Source of the DNA: Octopus sinensis
Taxonomy: Eukaryota
Length of the DNA: 64,000 bases
Direction of reading: 5' to 3'
Assembly (NCBI RefSeq): GCF_006345805.1
Contig: NC_043002.1
Location: forward strand, 114,142,001-114,206,000
Part shown: positions 48,024 through 60,395 of the stretch, in pieces
Layout of the letters: every line of letters starts with the position of its first letter
How positions within the stretch are numbered: the first letter of the stretch is position 1
Notes under the pieces: model-generated
What the model saw: only the letters and a program-made list of their open reading frames with translations
The model's database searches: none
What the model was told of the DNA's origin: nothing
Position numbers and translations under genes: made by a program

Positions 48024-48695
48024 ATGAGGACATGTGAAGGCTTGAAAGAAATGAAGCTAGTATGCTTCGCTGGATGTACAATGTCAGTGTGCATGTACAA
48101 CAGAGTGTAAGTGTCTTGAGAAAAAAGTTGGGCATAAGAGACATCGGATATCATGCACAAGGGAGACAACTGAGCTGGTATGGTTATGTGATGCATATGG
48201 ACAAGGAAAGCTGTGTGAAGAAGTGGAGGGAACCTCTTGAAGAGGTAGACCCACGAAGACATGGGATGAGCAGGTGAAGCATGGTTTTTAACTGTTGGGC
48301 CTCACAGAGGCAATGACAAGTGACTGAGACCTTTGGCAACATGCTGTGCTTGAGAAGATCCATTAAGCCTAGTGAAATTACAGTTGTGGCTGATGTCAGT
48401 GTTATGTGCCAGTGGCACATAAAAGGACATCATTCAAGTGCTGGGTGATATTCTGTGTTTGGGAAGCCCCGTCAAACCCAGTGAAATCATAGTTGTGGCT
48501 GATACTGGTGTTTTGTAACTGGCCCCCATGCCGGTTGCATGTAAAAAGCACCCACTACACTCTTGGAGTGGTTGGTGTTAGGAAGGGCATCCAGCAGTAG
48601 GAACCATCCCAAATCAGACTGGAATCTGCTGCAGCTCCCCAGCTTACTAGTTCTCAGTGAAATCATGTAACCCATGCCAGCAACGAAAACGACTT
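48020..48695 (+). mobile_element. RTE LINE 3' end (ORF C-terminus plus family B tail)
   Basis: RLERNEASMLRWMYNV..LRKKLGIRDI..LSWYGYVMHMDKESCVKK, running into the family B tail sequence. This links family B to RTE 3'UTRs. Confidence 0.7.
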
Positions 48696-48807
48696 CACTA
48701 CCTCATATGTTCTTAAAATTTAAATCTACATCTTTGTCTGTATATCTACCTTCTCTAAAATGTTACTACTTGATTTGAAAACTTTTGTATTAATGGAAAA
48801 CCTATTT

Positions 48808-48898
48808 AATTGGCTGATGAGTGCTCAGCATCTTAAATCTGTTGTAATACTTACAACTTTTAATAAAATGATGTAATGCGAAACAATCGTACTAAATT
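48808..48898 (+). ncRNA. Type I hammerhead ribozyme (probably partly decayed)
   Basis: UUGG-CUGAUGA (48814..48820)-GU..CAUC..GUUGUAA/UUACAAC..GAUG..GC-GAAAC (48880..48884)-AAUC-GUA-CUAA. Confidence 0.65.
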
Positions 48899-49287
48899 AC
48901 CGGAGTCATTCTTGTTGCTTATTTTGATTATAATCACCCCGCAAATTTTTATGGATAACACCATACAAAATTCTGGTGCATTTAAATTAAGTATCATATT
49001 CATTCGAATCTAAATTTTTGCTGAACTTATATATATATATATATATATGTAGCTGTCTGACTGGCAGGATGAAGCGGCTGACCTCCCTTGTTCGAAGGTT
49101 TGTAATGGACGCAGGTTCGTGTGTCAAATAGCTAGCTTGAGGCGGTGGCCTCTTGGAGCTAATCAGCGACAGCTTTAGTCTTATATTTATAAGACTGGCA
49201 TATTAGTATGGCGATAACTATTAATTTCCAGTAATGCTGCCGTAATCTCCTTTAGAGAGACTTAATAATTTTAATATTTCTATTATA

Positions 49288-49701
49288 TCATCATCATCAT
49301 CGTTTAACGTCCGCTTTCCATGCTAGCATGGGTTGGACGGTTCAACTGGGGTCTGGCAAGCCCGAAGGCTGCACCAGGTCAGTCAGATCTGGCAGTGTTT
49401 CTACAGCTGGATGCCCTTCCTAACGCCAACCACTCCGAGAGTGTAGTGGGTGATTTTATGTGCCACCGACACAGGTGCCAGACGAGGCTGGCAGACGGTC
49501 ACGCTCGGATGGTGTTTTTTTATGTGCCACTGACACAGGTGCCAGACGAGGCTGGCAGACGGCCACGCTCGGATGGTGTTTTTTATGTGCCACCGACACA
49601 GGTGCCAGACGAGGCTGGCAGACGGCCACGCTCGGATGGTGTTTTCGGGCGTGGCCGTCTGCCAGCCTCGTCTGGCACCTGTGTCGGTGGCACATAAAAA
49701 A
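49288..49701 (-). mobile_element. RTE-type tail repeat (family B) with three ~62-bp tandem units and a terminal fold-back
   Basis: Units TGTGCCACCGACACAGGTGCCAGACGAGGCTGGCAGACGGCCACGCTCGGATGGTGTTTTTTA; the last unit is followed by its reverse complement. Confidence 0.85.
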
Positions 49702-49818
49702 AAAATGATTAATTTATGGAATGAAGTTCGACAAATCCAATCATATTTGTCAAAAATGGAGGAGATAAGATGTTGAATTCATGCATAAAATTGTATATAT
49801 AAGTGTTATAATATCCTA

Positions 49819-49850
<32 letters not shown>

Positions 49851-49948
49851 ACACACACACACATATATAATTGTTAGAGGACACCAAATGTTAAGGCCAG
49901 GCAAACATCTCAAGTCATATACATTATTATTATAGGAAAAAATTCAAA

Positions 49949-50004
49949 GTCTTACAGCTGTTTCTGGGATATCCCTGAGTACAGGATATTCTGTCATCAG
50001 AGAC
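49949..50004 (-). ncRNA. Type I hammerhead ribozyme
   Basis: Minus strand GUCU-CUGAUGA-CAGAAUAUCCUG-UACU-CAGGGAUAUCCCA-GAAAC-AGCU-GUA-AGAC. Palindromic ACAGCUGU stem III; the base of stem II is mismatched. Confidence 0.75.
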
Positions 50005-50316
50005 AAATAGGGAAAATGAGAAGAGGGGATATATTAATGGAATGATGACCTGGAGGAAAGGAGTTAAGGAATAAAGAGATGAAAAGAGAGAAGAAAAAAG
50101 AAGCATTAAAGTTCATAGTTCAACTTTCAGATCTTGTAGAAACAAATGCATAAATCCTTAGGTGCAAACCTACGTAGACCCTTGTGGGTTAAAATCCTGA
50201 TATTGTAAACATCTAGACACAAAATGCGCAAACCTTGGAGCTGTAGTAATCCGTTACAGCACTTACCTAGTGTACCTAATCGTTTAGATCACCTGTGAAC
50301 TAAAAGCCCCATACTT

Positions 50317-50350
<34 letters not shown>

Positions 50351-50444
50351 CGATGGGCTTCTTTCAGTTTCCTTCTACCAAATCCACAAGGCTTTGATCG
50401 GCCCAAGGCTACAGTAGAAGACACTTGTATAAGGTGCCACGCAG

Positions 50445-50700
50445 TAATAGAAACAAGTCATCTTGTACCAGCTTCAGTGAATTTATTTGGGAATTAAAAG
50501 ACAGGAATAAAAGCTTTTCTGTGAAGTGGGAGAGTGTAAGCAAGGCTGGTATGTATAAAGTTGGAAACACCTTTTGTTTTCTCTGTACAGAGGAACTTTT
50601 CCAAATCTTGTATCTAAGGTGTCGACTCCTGAATGTGAGGGGGGAGACTGATTTTTCATGTGCTCATGCTTGTAAATATGTTTTCAGAAATTACCATTAG
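50445..50700 (+). mobile_element. Penelope-like element GIY-YIG endonuclease C-terminal fragment
   Basis: TSFSEFIWELKDRNKSFSVKW..CFLCTEE..LLNVRGE..CAH resembles PLE endonuclease C-termini (LS.YIW.LK..W..C.LC..E..LLN.R.E..C.H). Confidence 0.6.
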
Positions 50701-51042
50701 ATGTAATTTAAAGAATAAATTAGGTGTAATTGTAGGGTTACTGGAACCTTGAATCAAGAGGTATCTCATGATTAATATGCATACAACTGTAACTAAAATG
50801 ATTAGATTATTCTTAATAGATATCATATTGATATTAAAGTATAAATTAAATGGTTAATATGAATATAAGGTTTTATGTACAGATAACACTGGTATATATT
50901 ATATATAGTTTACTAAAACTTTAATTTAGGCACATAACTTGAGAATATATGATTAATAGCTTATGAAAGGTTAATTAATTTAAGTTAGAGATACAATGTA
51001 TTCATTTAATATTGGTTTTAACTTGATTAATTTCATAATTTA

Positions 51043-53760
51043 TATGGTGTATGCGGGAGATTTGAAGTAAGACACCTACCTTATCTTCGTCAAAGCAGAC
51101 CTCTCCGGTGGTAATACACCCTTCCACGTGCCTGACCCAAACACTAAAAATAGCAACTGCTTTTCCCTTACCTTGTCGAAGCACTCACACATCCGATCGA
51201 AAATGCCCAATTGTCCCCTGCCTGTGCGTATGTCACTCTTGCGTCCTTCCTCTTCTGGTCAGCTCCCAAGTTCTGGTCAGCTCCCCAGCTGCTGACATCA
51301 TCCCACATGCCACCCTAATCTTAAAGATCACATTCTCTCTACTCCATGTCGAAGTCCACCATCCAACCGGGAGGGCATCTTGCGCGTCAAGATCTTCTCA
51401 GGCTAGGCACCTCGTTCTCCTCCTCTCCACTATCGTCATCCAACAAAGTGACAATCCTGTGAAGGTCCAAGACGTGTCATGGCATTCCATCCACGGAGAT
51501 GTTGTTTCTGGAATTGACCGCTGCACTGTTCCTCTGCTTTATTGAGACATACAGCGCACCTTCCTCCCTTATTTTCAACAGGCGGGTCCCTTCTCTTCCT
51601 TGTGACACTCCGATGCTTTACTTTGATGCCTCCATTCATATTTAAATAGCGCTCTGTGTGGCACAGATTCTTCAGCTTGTTCGGATCGGGGAGACACATT
51701 GTACCAGAAAACTGCTTCCAGCAGCAAAATGTGCCCTCTTTCCGCTATGGCCTTGACTGTCTGATGGTGCCTCTCTACGATTCCATTACCGCTTGGCCTA
51801 TACACTGCTCTAAACAAGCGACACACTTTCCACCAGTCGTGCATATCCCTCAACACTTCCGAATGAAAAGCTGCCTCATTGTCCATTAGCAGTTCTTCCA
51901 TGAGACCCTTCTCTAAAAATATCCCATTCAAAATCTGCGCAATCTCGTTAGCAATGCCCATCCTCAACTCCCTCCAAATGGCCAGCAGGCCCGGCCTGCA
52001 GTCGACCATGGAGAGATACACTCCCTGACGGTAGTGCCTCACATCCACAGCTACTCTCTTCCAGTTGTGCTCCACCAAAAGGTTTCCTTGCTCATGCCCA
52101 CACGGAGCAGGGTCAATGGACTGACACCTGTCGCAGCTCCCGACCACTTTCCGGATGCTTCTCCTAGTGACGTCAGCATCAATCATCTTCATGAGATACA
52201 GGGTCCTGTCCACACCCAAGTGATGCATAGCATGCAGTCTCTTCAGTTCAAAGTCATCCAACCAACATGCCAGAGCTATCCCTTTCTTTGCCTCCTCCGG
52301 CTCCCCCAACCATGCCCTTTTCTCCCTGGTCTGTGCATCTGCCCTGTTTCTCTCTGAAGGTACGAAAACCACGTTCAGCTTCAGTCTGAACTTGGCAATC
52401 AATTCTCCTAGAACTCCTAGACAGTGTTTCATCAATATCTCCATGGTACCTTTCGTTCGAACTCTCCTCTCACTGTTGATCACTGATCCTACCCTGCCAA
52501 GCACAGTGACTGAATCCGTCTTTATTTCAATTGAGCACAGCCCCCATTTCAGGGCCAAGTTCACCCCCTTCAGCACTGCGTCTAATTCGGTGACATTAAT
52601 ATGGTTAAAGTCGTCTGCTTTCCGAAGCCAGGCTGCGTCCTCTACCTCGGTGCCTTCAATCTCCAACACAACCCCTATCGCTATACTGCTATCATCACAC
52701 CAGATGGTCCTGCATTCCATCTTGGGCACATACCACTTCCCCTTGACCAGGTCTTCTGCTCTCGTCCTCTCTGGGATTTCCCGCATCATCGCCACCATCA
52801 CTTCTCTCAACTTGTCACCCCAACTCCCCGCCTCCACTCGTCTCTTGGTGTAACTGCATGCTGTGCACAGCCATACAGTGATCGGGTAGTGACCGACCAA
52901 CTTCCCACACACCGAGAACAGCTCTCTCTTGCTGGAACTCAGCTCTGGGATTTTATTTCCTCTCCAGAACACCAACTCACCTGATCTATCTCTTCGCAGC
53001 TTCCCCTTCCATCGACTCCGGTGGCTTCGCAATCAGTCCGAACTCCAGATGTCTCACTACCTCGTTGGCTGGCACTACAGTTTCGTCCACCAAAATGTCA
53101 TCTATGTAGGAACTGGTGGCCTTTCTTATCTTGTCCTCTTTCCCTAGGATGGACTTAAGCACCACCGCCATGATCTTCGGAGCAGAATTCAGTCCGAAAC
53201 CCAGCCTAGTTAAACAATATTTCAGGCCCTTATACTGCACCAGCTGATATTGCCACAGTTTGTCGCTCACATGGAGCTGCAAGTATGCCGATTTCAAGTC
53301 GATAATCGTCGCTGCCTTGGTTGACTGTCTCCACACACGTAACGTCTCGCCACAAACGTCTGTCACTTCGCCACCTGTGTGGCATGATATATGCTCATTT
53401 ATCTCTCTCAAGTCCAGCACTGGTCTGACTTTTCCCTTTGTCGGCTGCACCACTGCCATCAGAGGTAGCACTCCGCCCACTACCTTCTCTTCCCACAGGA
53501 CAAGGATTCCTTCCTCGATCCACCTTGTCTTCGAACTCAACCCTGGCGTGACCTTTCAGGGTACGCTGGTAGCAGCTCACCCTGTTCTTCAGCATCGGGG
53601 GCTCATCTTTCCATCGCCATTCTATCGTCTACCACTGACCATCGAACGCCACCTGAAAATCCTTGTCCTCAATGGTGTAAGTGGCGCAGTCCCTCGCAGG
53701 GCTCTGCTCTCTCTGGCGATCCTGACTCACAGCACGATTTTATCTCTGCTTTGTGATACT
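51043..53760 (-). mobile_element. Ty3/Gypsy LTR retrotransposon relic: RT, RNase H, integrase, 3' LTR (51043..51307)
   Basis: KVRPVLDLREIN..IDLKSAYLQ..RLGFGLNSAP..SYIDDILV; WCDDSSIAIG..HINVTELDAV..KTDS..NRADA; H..HHLGVDRT..CDRC, VAVD..LMDNE..GNGIVERHH. Frameshifted and 5' truncated. Purine-rich tract precedes the LTR TGTGG on minus. Confidence 0.9.
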
Positions 53761-54638
53761 TTATAACATGAAAAGAATACCTAGAGGTTAATTGGCAATT
53801 TCTTATTTAAATACAAAAATACTAATTTGGTTAGAATTGTTCTTAAGACCTGCAAACAAATTACTCAAACAAGAACAGCAAATGAATTGATTAATTTTGC
53901 ATAAAAACATAATAGATTTCTAAAAATAAAGACTAAAGATTATACTGATCTTCTACTTTGAGACTTTGAGACCTAAATAAGTAGGAAATAACTGACCCAC
54001 TTTCTTGAGTGGTTTAAGCCATAAATTTGGTTTTATTTACTCTTTCAGAGAGCTTTATTTATTGCCAAGATGTAATATGATGTATGTGTATTTATTGTCA
54101 AACTTAAGCTGAATAAAAGAAACTTTGATGCTATTTACAGATTGTATAACAATTGAGCAAAAGTACTGCAGAGTAAACCCTCAGTCTCCAAGCCTGTAAT
54201 GCAGGTTCAATTTTTAGTTGAAGCTGAGCCATTTTATTTTACTGAGTTGTACTTTCAATTTCCAAGGGAATTCAGTAACCTGGAGACAATAAGCCTGTAA
54301 AGTCCCAGCCACTTATTTGTGTTCATAGAATGTTTTCATTTTTGAGAATAGATATTTGACTCTGTAGATATATTGAAATAAACTCTGGCCAATGCAACAT
54401 AAACATTAGGCACCACTGTTTTGCTGACATGTCTGGGACTTGTTTTGGACTAAATGGGACATAGAAAAGAGGATGCCAATATGGTAATTGTTATAAGCTA
54501 CAAGTTTGCAGACAGGTTATGCATAGTTTTTTTCATTATTTTTTGCAAATGAAGATCTAATGAGACCAAAAACCAGAGCAACCCAAATTTCCTTCAACCT
54601 ACAGAGATAAAACATAGCTGTATATCTGTCTGTCTGTG

Positions 54639-54755
<117 letters not shown>

Positions 54756-55169
54756 GTCTGTTTGTCAGCCTGCCTTGTCTGTTTGTCAATCTACACACAC
54801 ACACACACACATACATGCATGTATATTTCAGCATACATTTTTCTAGTCTATTATAGACATTTTGATTATCAACATCTGGAAAGTTTCCCAAAGCACAGGC
54901 CTAAGCAAAGTTTTCTTTTTTTCTCAGATGAGCATGTAAATTCTCCACTTCCCCACAGCCAATGTTATCCAAAGGAAAGAAAGGGCCAATACAGCATGAC
55001 ACCAGTGTCCTTGTAGATATCACATTCAGAATGCAGTGAGCTAGAACATGCAGGCAGTTCAACACTCTAACATTTCCATACCAATTCACCACACACACAC
55101 ACATATATATATATACACACACACATACACACATATTAGTTATAATTAAAAAAAATTTGCATCAATCTG

Positions 55170-55565
55170 AAGGTGCAGGTGTGGCTGTGTGGTAAGTAGC
55201 CTGTCTACCAACCACATGGTTCCGGGTTCAGTCCCACTGCATGACAACTTGGGCAAGTGTCTTCTACTATAGCCTTGGGCCGACCAAAGCCTTGTGAGTG
55301 GATTTGGTAGACAGAAACTGAAAGAAGCCTGTCGTATATATGTATATATATATGTATATGTGTGTATATGTTTGTGTGTCTGCATTTGTCCCCCCTAGCA
55401 TTGCTTAACAACCGATGCTGGTGTGTTTATGTCCCTGTAACTTAGCAGTTAGGCAAAAGAGACCGATAGAATAAGTACTGGGCTTACAAAGAATAAGTCT
55501 CGGGGTCGATTTACTCGACTAAAGGCGGTGCTCCAGCATGGCTGCAGTCAAATGACTGAAACAAT
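55170..55565 (+). mobile_element. tRNA-derived SINE family A
   Basis: Head AGGTGCAGGTGTGGCTGTGTGG..GGTTCAGTCCC. Confidence 0.88.
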
Positions 55566-55589
55566 TAAACAATAAACGAAACGAATATA

Positions 55590-55920
55590 ATCGAATGTGA
55601 CTCCCTAATCGATGCTTGGAGACCAGACATTGTTGTTGTTGATAAATGAAGAAGAAAATCAAGAGTGTAGATATTGCAATACCTGTGGATGCATGCATCA
55701 GTGACTAAAAACTAGAAAAGATGGAGAAGTACAGACTACTAAAAGACAAAAATGACAGAATTTGGGCTATGAGGAGAGTGTCGGTCACACTAGTTGTTGT
55801 AGAGGCACTTGAAACACTAACAACTAAGTTCAAGAAATATGTCAGAGAAATCAGAATCGACATGAGAGCAGAGCAGACTCAGAAACTGTTCTGTTGGGGA
55901 CAGCTAGAATTTTGAGATTG
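55590..55920 (+). mobile_element. R4/Dong-like restriction-like endonuclease fragment
   Basis: RPDIVVVDK..DIAIP.D..EKMEKYRLLK..IWAMRRVSVTLVVVEAL. Confidence 0.65.
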
Positions 55921-56578
55921 GTGTTTGGGTGTTGAATGTCATCCACAATAATTAACAACCGATTATCAAAGCAATTATCAAATGTGCAAAAAGAGATCCT
56001 GTGAGGCCTATGACAGGCTGCTGTCCACTCTCACAGAATCAACCACAGCAAGCAAGACCAAGCACACTGAGAAGTAAAACAATGATAAAAATAATCCTTT
56101 CTACTAATAGGCACAAGGCCAGAAATTTGTGGGGAGGGGGTAAATCAATCACATCAACCCCAGTGTTTTACTGGTACTTAATTCATTGACTCTGAAAGGA
56201 TGAAACGCAAAGTTGACCTTGGTGGAACAATAATAACAAATAAAAATAATAATTGCAGCAATATCTCGAGTATCAACTACAGTAATAGGCCTTCGGAGGC
56301 AAACCAATGTTATAGGTACAAATGTTATCCATTGTAGTGAAAACACTGGGTGCAGAGTGGACTACCCTAAGCCCTAGCACGCCCTCTATAATACAGCATC
56401 CATTTCACGTCCATTCTGCTGGATAGTAGAGCAGTCACTGTATTTCATTCCATAACAGCTACCCCTGAAGAGTACAGTGTTACAAAATTAGATTGTTATG
56501 TAACATTCTGTTGTACTCCTCATGTGAAACCAATTGGTAAGATTGGCTGTAATGGATATATAATATTGTACAGTTTGA

Positions 56579-56610
<32 letters not shown>

Positions 56611-56615
<5 letters not shown>

Positions 56616-56743
56616 AATAATGTGACATGTAGATGGAAAATAGCAGGCTTTATTAGCAAATCCCAATATATTTTTTTGCAGAACCAAATGTAATTTGCTA
56701 CTAAAGCCTGCTATTTTCCATTTTTGTGTTATATTATTCTTAT
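56611..56743. repeat. Imperfect ~50-bp inverted repeat (hairpin)
   Basis: ATGGAAAATAGCAGGCTTTA..TAGCAAAT pairs with ATTTGCTA..TAAAGCCTGCTATTTTCCAT; outer AAGAATAAT/ATTATTCTT. Confidence 0.75.
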
Positions 56744-56895
56744 ATTATTTCTATGGAATTGTGAAGTTATGCATGTTTATCCAACCTTGGAAAATATGCT
56801 GCTTTAGGGTATCATGTGGTAGCCAATAACAGTATAGTATCTTTTAAATGCACATTATGAGGTTATTACCCAGATTATATTATATTATATATATA

Positions 56896-56984
<89 letters not shown>

Positions 56985-57241
56985 TATATGTAAATAAATA
57001 TATATAATACATATGTGTATGAAAAATGCAGCTTAGTGTGGTTTCAATTCATGGATAGGAAAGTATTGAGTTCTTGAGCAAAACATTTCATTTTACTTCA
57101 TTTCACTTTGATTCAGTCCACTGAGCTGGCAAAAATGAGTAATCCTGTGATAGACAGGTGTCTTGTCCAGGTGGGATATATATACAGCACAGAGTCCATG
57201 AAGCAGGCCTTATGAGCCTATGGCTCAGGAAGGGCCTTTGA

Positions 57242-57790
57242 TCATCATCATCATCATCATCATCATCGTTTAACGTCCGTTTTCCATGCTAGCATGGGTT
57301 GGACGGTTCAACTGGGGTCTGGGGAGCCCGAAGGCTGCACCAGGCCAGTCAGATCTGGCAGTGTTTCTACAGCTGGATGCCCTTCCTAACGCCAACCACT
57401 CCGAGAGTGTAGTGGGTGATTTTATGTGCCACCGACACAGGTGCCAGACGAGGCTGGCAAACGGCCACGCTCTGATGGTGTTTTTTTATGTGCCACCGAC
57501 ACAGGTGCCAGACGAGGCTGGCAGACGGCCACGCTCTGATGGTGTTTTTTATGTGCCACCGACACAGGTGCCAGACGAGGCTGGCGAACAGCCACGCTTG
57601 GATGGTGTTTTTTTTATGTGCCACCGACACAGGTGCCAGACGAGGCTGGCGAACGGCCACGATCGGATGGTGTTTGTTACGTGCCCACAGCACGGAGGCC
57701 AGTCGATGCGGTACTGGCTACGGCCATGTTCGGATGGTTTTCTTATGTGCCACCAGCACTGGTACCACAAAGATACAAATTCCATTGATG
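57242..57790 (-). mobile_element. RTE-type tail repeat (family B) with four ~62-bp tandem units
   Basis: (CAT)n tail plus the same unit as at 49.4 kb. Confidence 0.85.
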
Positions 57791-57844
57791 TTCATCTATT
57801 TTGATTTGGTTTGATTTTGGTTTGATTTGGTTTGATCCTTTATA

Positions 57845-58231
<387 letters not shown>

Positions 58232-58254
58232 TATATATATATATATATATATAT

Positions 58255-58547
58255 ATAAGAAATATTGAATTTCTAAATCTCTCGTAGAGACCTGTACGGT
58301 GGTGGGGCGATAGAATGGTTGTATACTGTCAATCTAACAAGAACGTAACAGTAGGGGGTACACCACCGTTGTATAGCCCTAGGAGGCATCGAACGCCTCC
58401 TGACAGCTTCGACACATTTTTTCCCTGTGTCCTTATACACATATACGAAGGGGAGACAAACACCCCCAACCGCCAGTATACAACCATTCTATCGCCCCAC
58501 CACCGTACAGGTCTCTATGAGAGATTTAGAAATTCAATATTTCTTAT
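58255..58547. repeat. 74-bp near-perfect inverted repeat element
   Basis: 58255..58328 vs 58474..58547 (one mismatch seen); internal hairpin AGGAGGC-ATCGAAC-GCCTCCT. Confidence 0.85.
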
Positions 58548-58831
58548 TTTGATAATCAGTGAATAGACTTCACAGACCTAAATGTCTGGCACCCCCTCTT
58601 TGAGTGGCAAAAAAACAGGACAGGTTTCACCTCTTATTTTTCTTCGTTTTTCCGCCATGTCTCCTCCACATTTGCTGCATGGGTCAATATCTCCATGTTC
58701 ATCAAGGAGTCCATAGCTTCGGAGAAATTCTATTGCAGCTTCTTCATCTCAAATAACCTGTGTGTAAATTTCTTTTGTACTCACCACGACTTCTTTCCAT
58801 GGGTTCAGGACTAAAAGTGTTTGAATCATAA

Positions 58832-59241
58832 AAGCAGGAGTGGCTGTGTGGTAAGTAGCTCGTTTATCAACCACATGGTTCCGGGTTCAGTCCCACTGCG
58901 TGGCACCTTGGGCAAGTGTCTTCTACTATAGCCTCAGGCTGACCAAAGCCTTGTGAGTGGATTTGGTAGACGGAAACTCAAAAGAAGCCCGTCGTATATA
59001 TGTATATATATGCGTGTGTGTGTTTGTATGTCTGTGTTTGTCCCCCTAGCATTGCTTGACAACCAATGCTGGTGTGTTTATGTCCCCATCACTTAGCGGT
59101 TCGGCAAAAGAGACCGATAGAATAAGTACTGGGCTTACAAAAAGAATAAGTCCTGGGGTCGAGTTGCTCGATTAAAGATGGTGCTCCAGCATGGCTGCAG
59201 TCAAATGACTGAAACAAGTAAAAGAGTAAAGAGTAAAAGAG
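58832..59241 (+). mobile_element. tRNA-derived SINE family A (full length)
   Basis: A/B boxes and (GTAAAAGA)n tail. Confidence 0.88.
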
Positions 59242-59811
59242 TATACCAAACTAACTGGAAGTTGAGTAAATAGATGAATTTTAAATGTAGATCAAAAAGT
59301 CAGTGTAGATCACAAACTATACCAATTGAACTAATGTAGATCAAAAGCTATACCAGAAACATGTATGTAGATCACATACTACACCAGTACCAGCTTTTCT
59401 TTCAGATATGTCATGCTGAAGACATGCTTGAGAATTAATCTTTTTATTGAGATGTCAGTTGTCAGTCTTTCACATACAGTTTGGAATAATGACATTGCTA
59501 AATATACATAGGAAGAATGAATGCACATAAATTTGACACCAGGTGGGTGGTTTACCAAGCAAACAATACAACCTGAATTACATGGAATTCATTTAACTTC
59601 AAACTTGTTTGACTGGTTCAAGTCTGCAGCATGAAAAAGGAAATAAAAGAAACCCTTTCCTTTATTTCAGTAACTTATTAGTTTGATAATCAAATAATAT
59701 TTTAAAAACCATCTTTACTAACATACTATCTTCTTTTAGCACTTGCAATTTCATTTGCTGCTGTAAATGGTTTATTCCTAAACATATTAAATAAAAAAGA
59801 AAATCAACTAG

Positions 59812-60334
59812 TTGCAAAAGATGTTGTCTGATGGATGAGGTTGGAAAGCTTGTGGACAGAGACTTGTCTCTTTGATAGATCCCTTACTCTTTTACTCTTT
59901 TACTTGTTTCAGTCATTTGACTGTGGCCATGCTGGAGCACCACCTTTAGTCAAGCAAATCGACCTCAGGACTTCTTCTTTGTAAGCCTAGTACTTATTCT
60001 ATCAGTCTCTTTTGCTGAACCGCTAAGTTACAGGGACATAAACACACCAGCATCGGTTGTCAAGCGATATTGGGGGGACAAACACAGACACACAAACATA
60101 TACACACACACACATATATATACATATATACGATGGGCTTTTTTCAGTTTCCGTCTACCAAATCCACTCACACTTGCCCAAGGTGCCACACAGTGGGAAT
60201 GAACCCGGAACCATGTGGTTCGTAAGCAAGCTACTTACCACACAGCCACTCCTGCACCTTGTAAATTTTTTGTAAGATAACGGTTTGACTTCCCATTCAA
60301 GAAGCTTATAAACATGAGATTTTCTAAATTTGTT

Positions 60335-60395
<61 letters not shown>

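Noticed and set aside
57420-57680. ~62-bp repeated units (also 49455-49645) as a CRISPR-like array
   Set aside because: Head-to-tail tandem units without unique spacers, in eukaryotic retroelement context with no cas genes.
58832-58905. tRNA genes at SINE heads (also 55170, 58002, 62242)
   Set aside because: A/B boxes are present but no complete cloverleaf, and each continues into a multi-copy SINE body.
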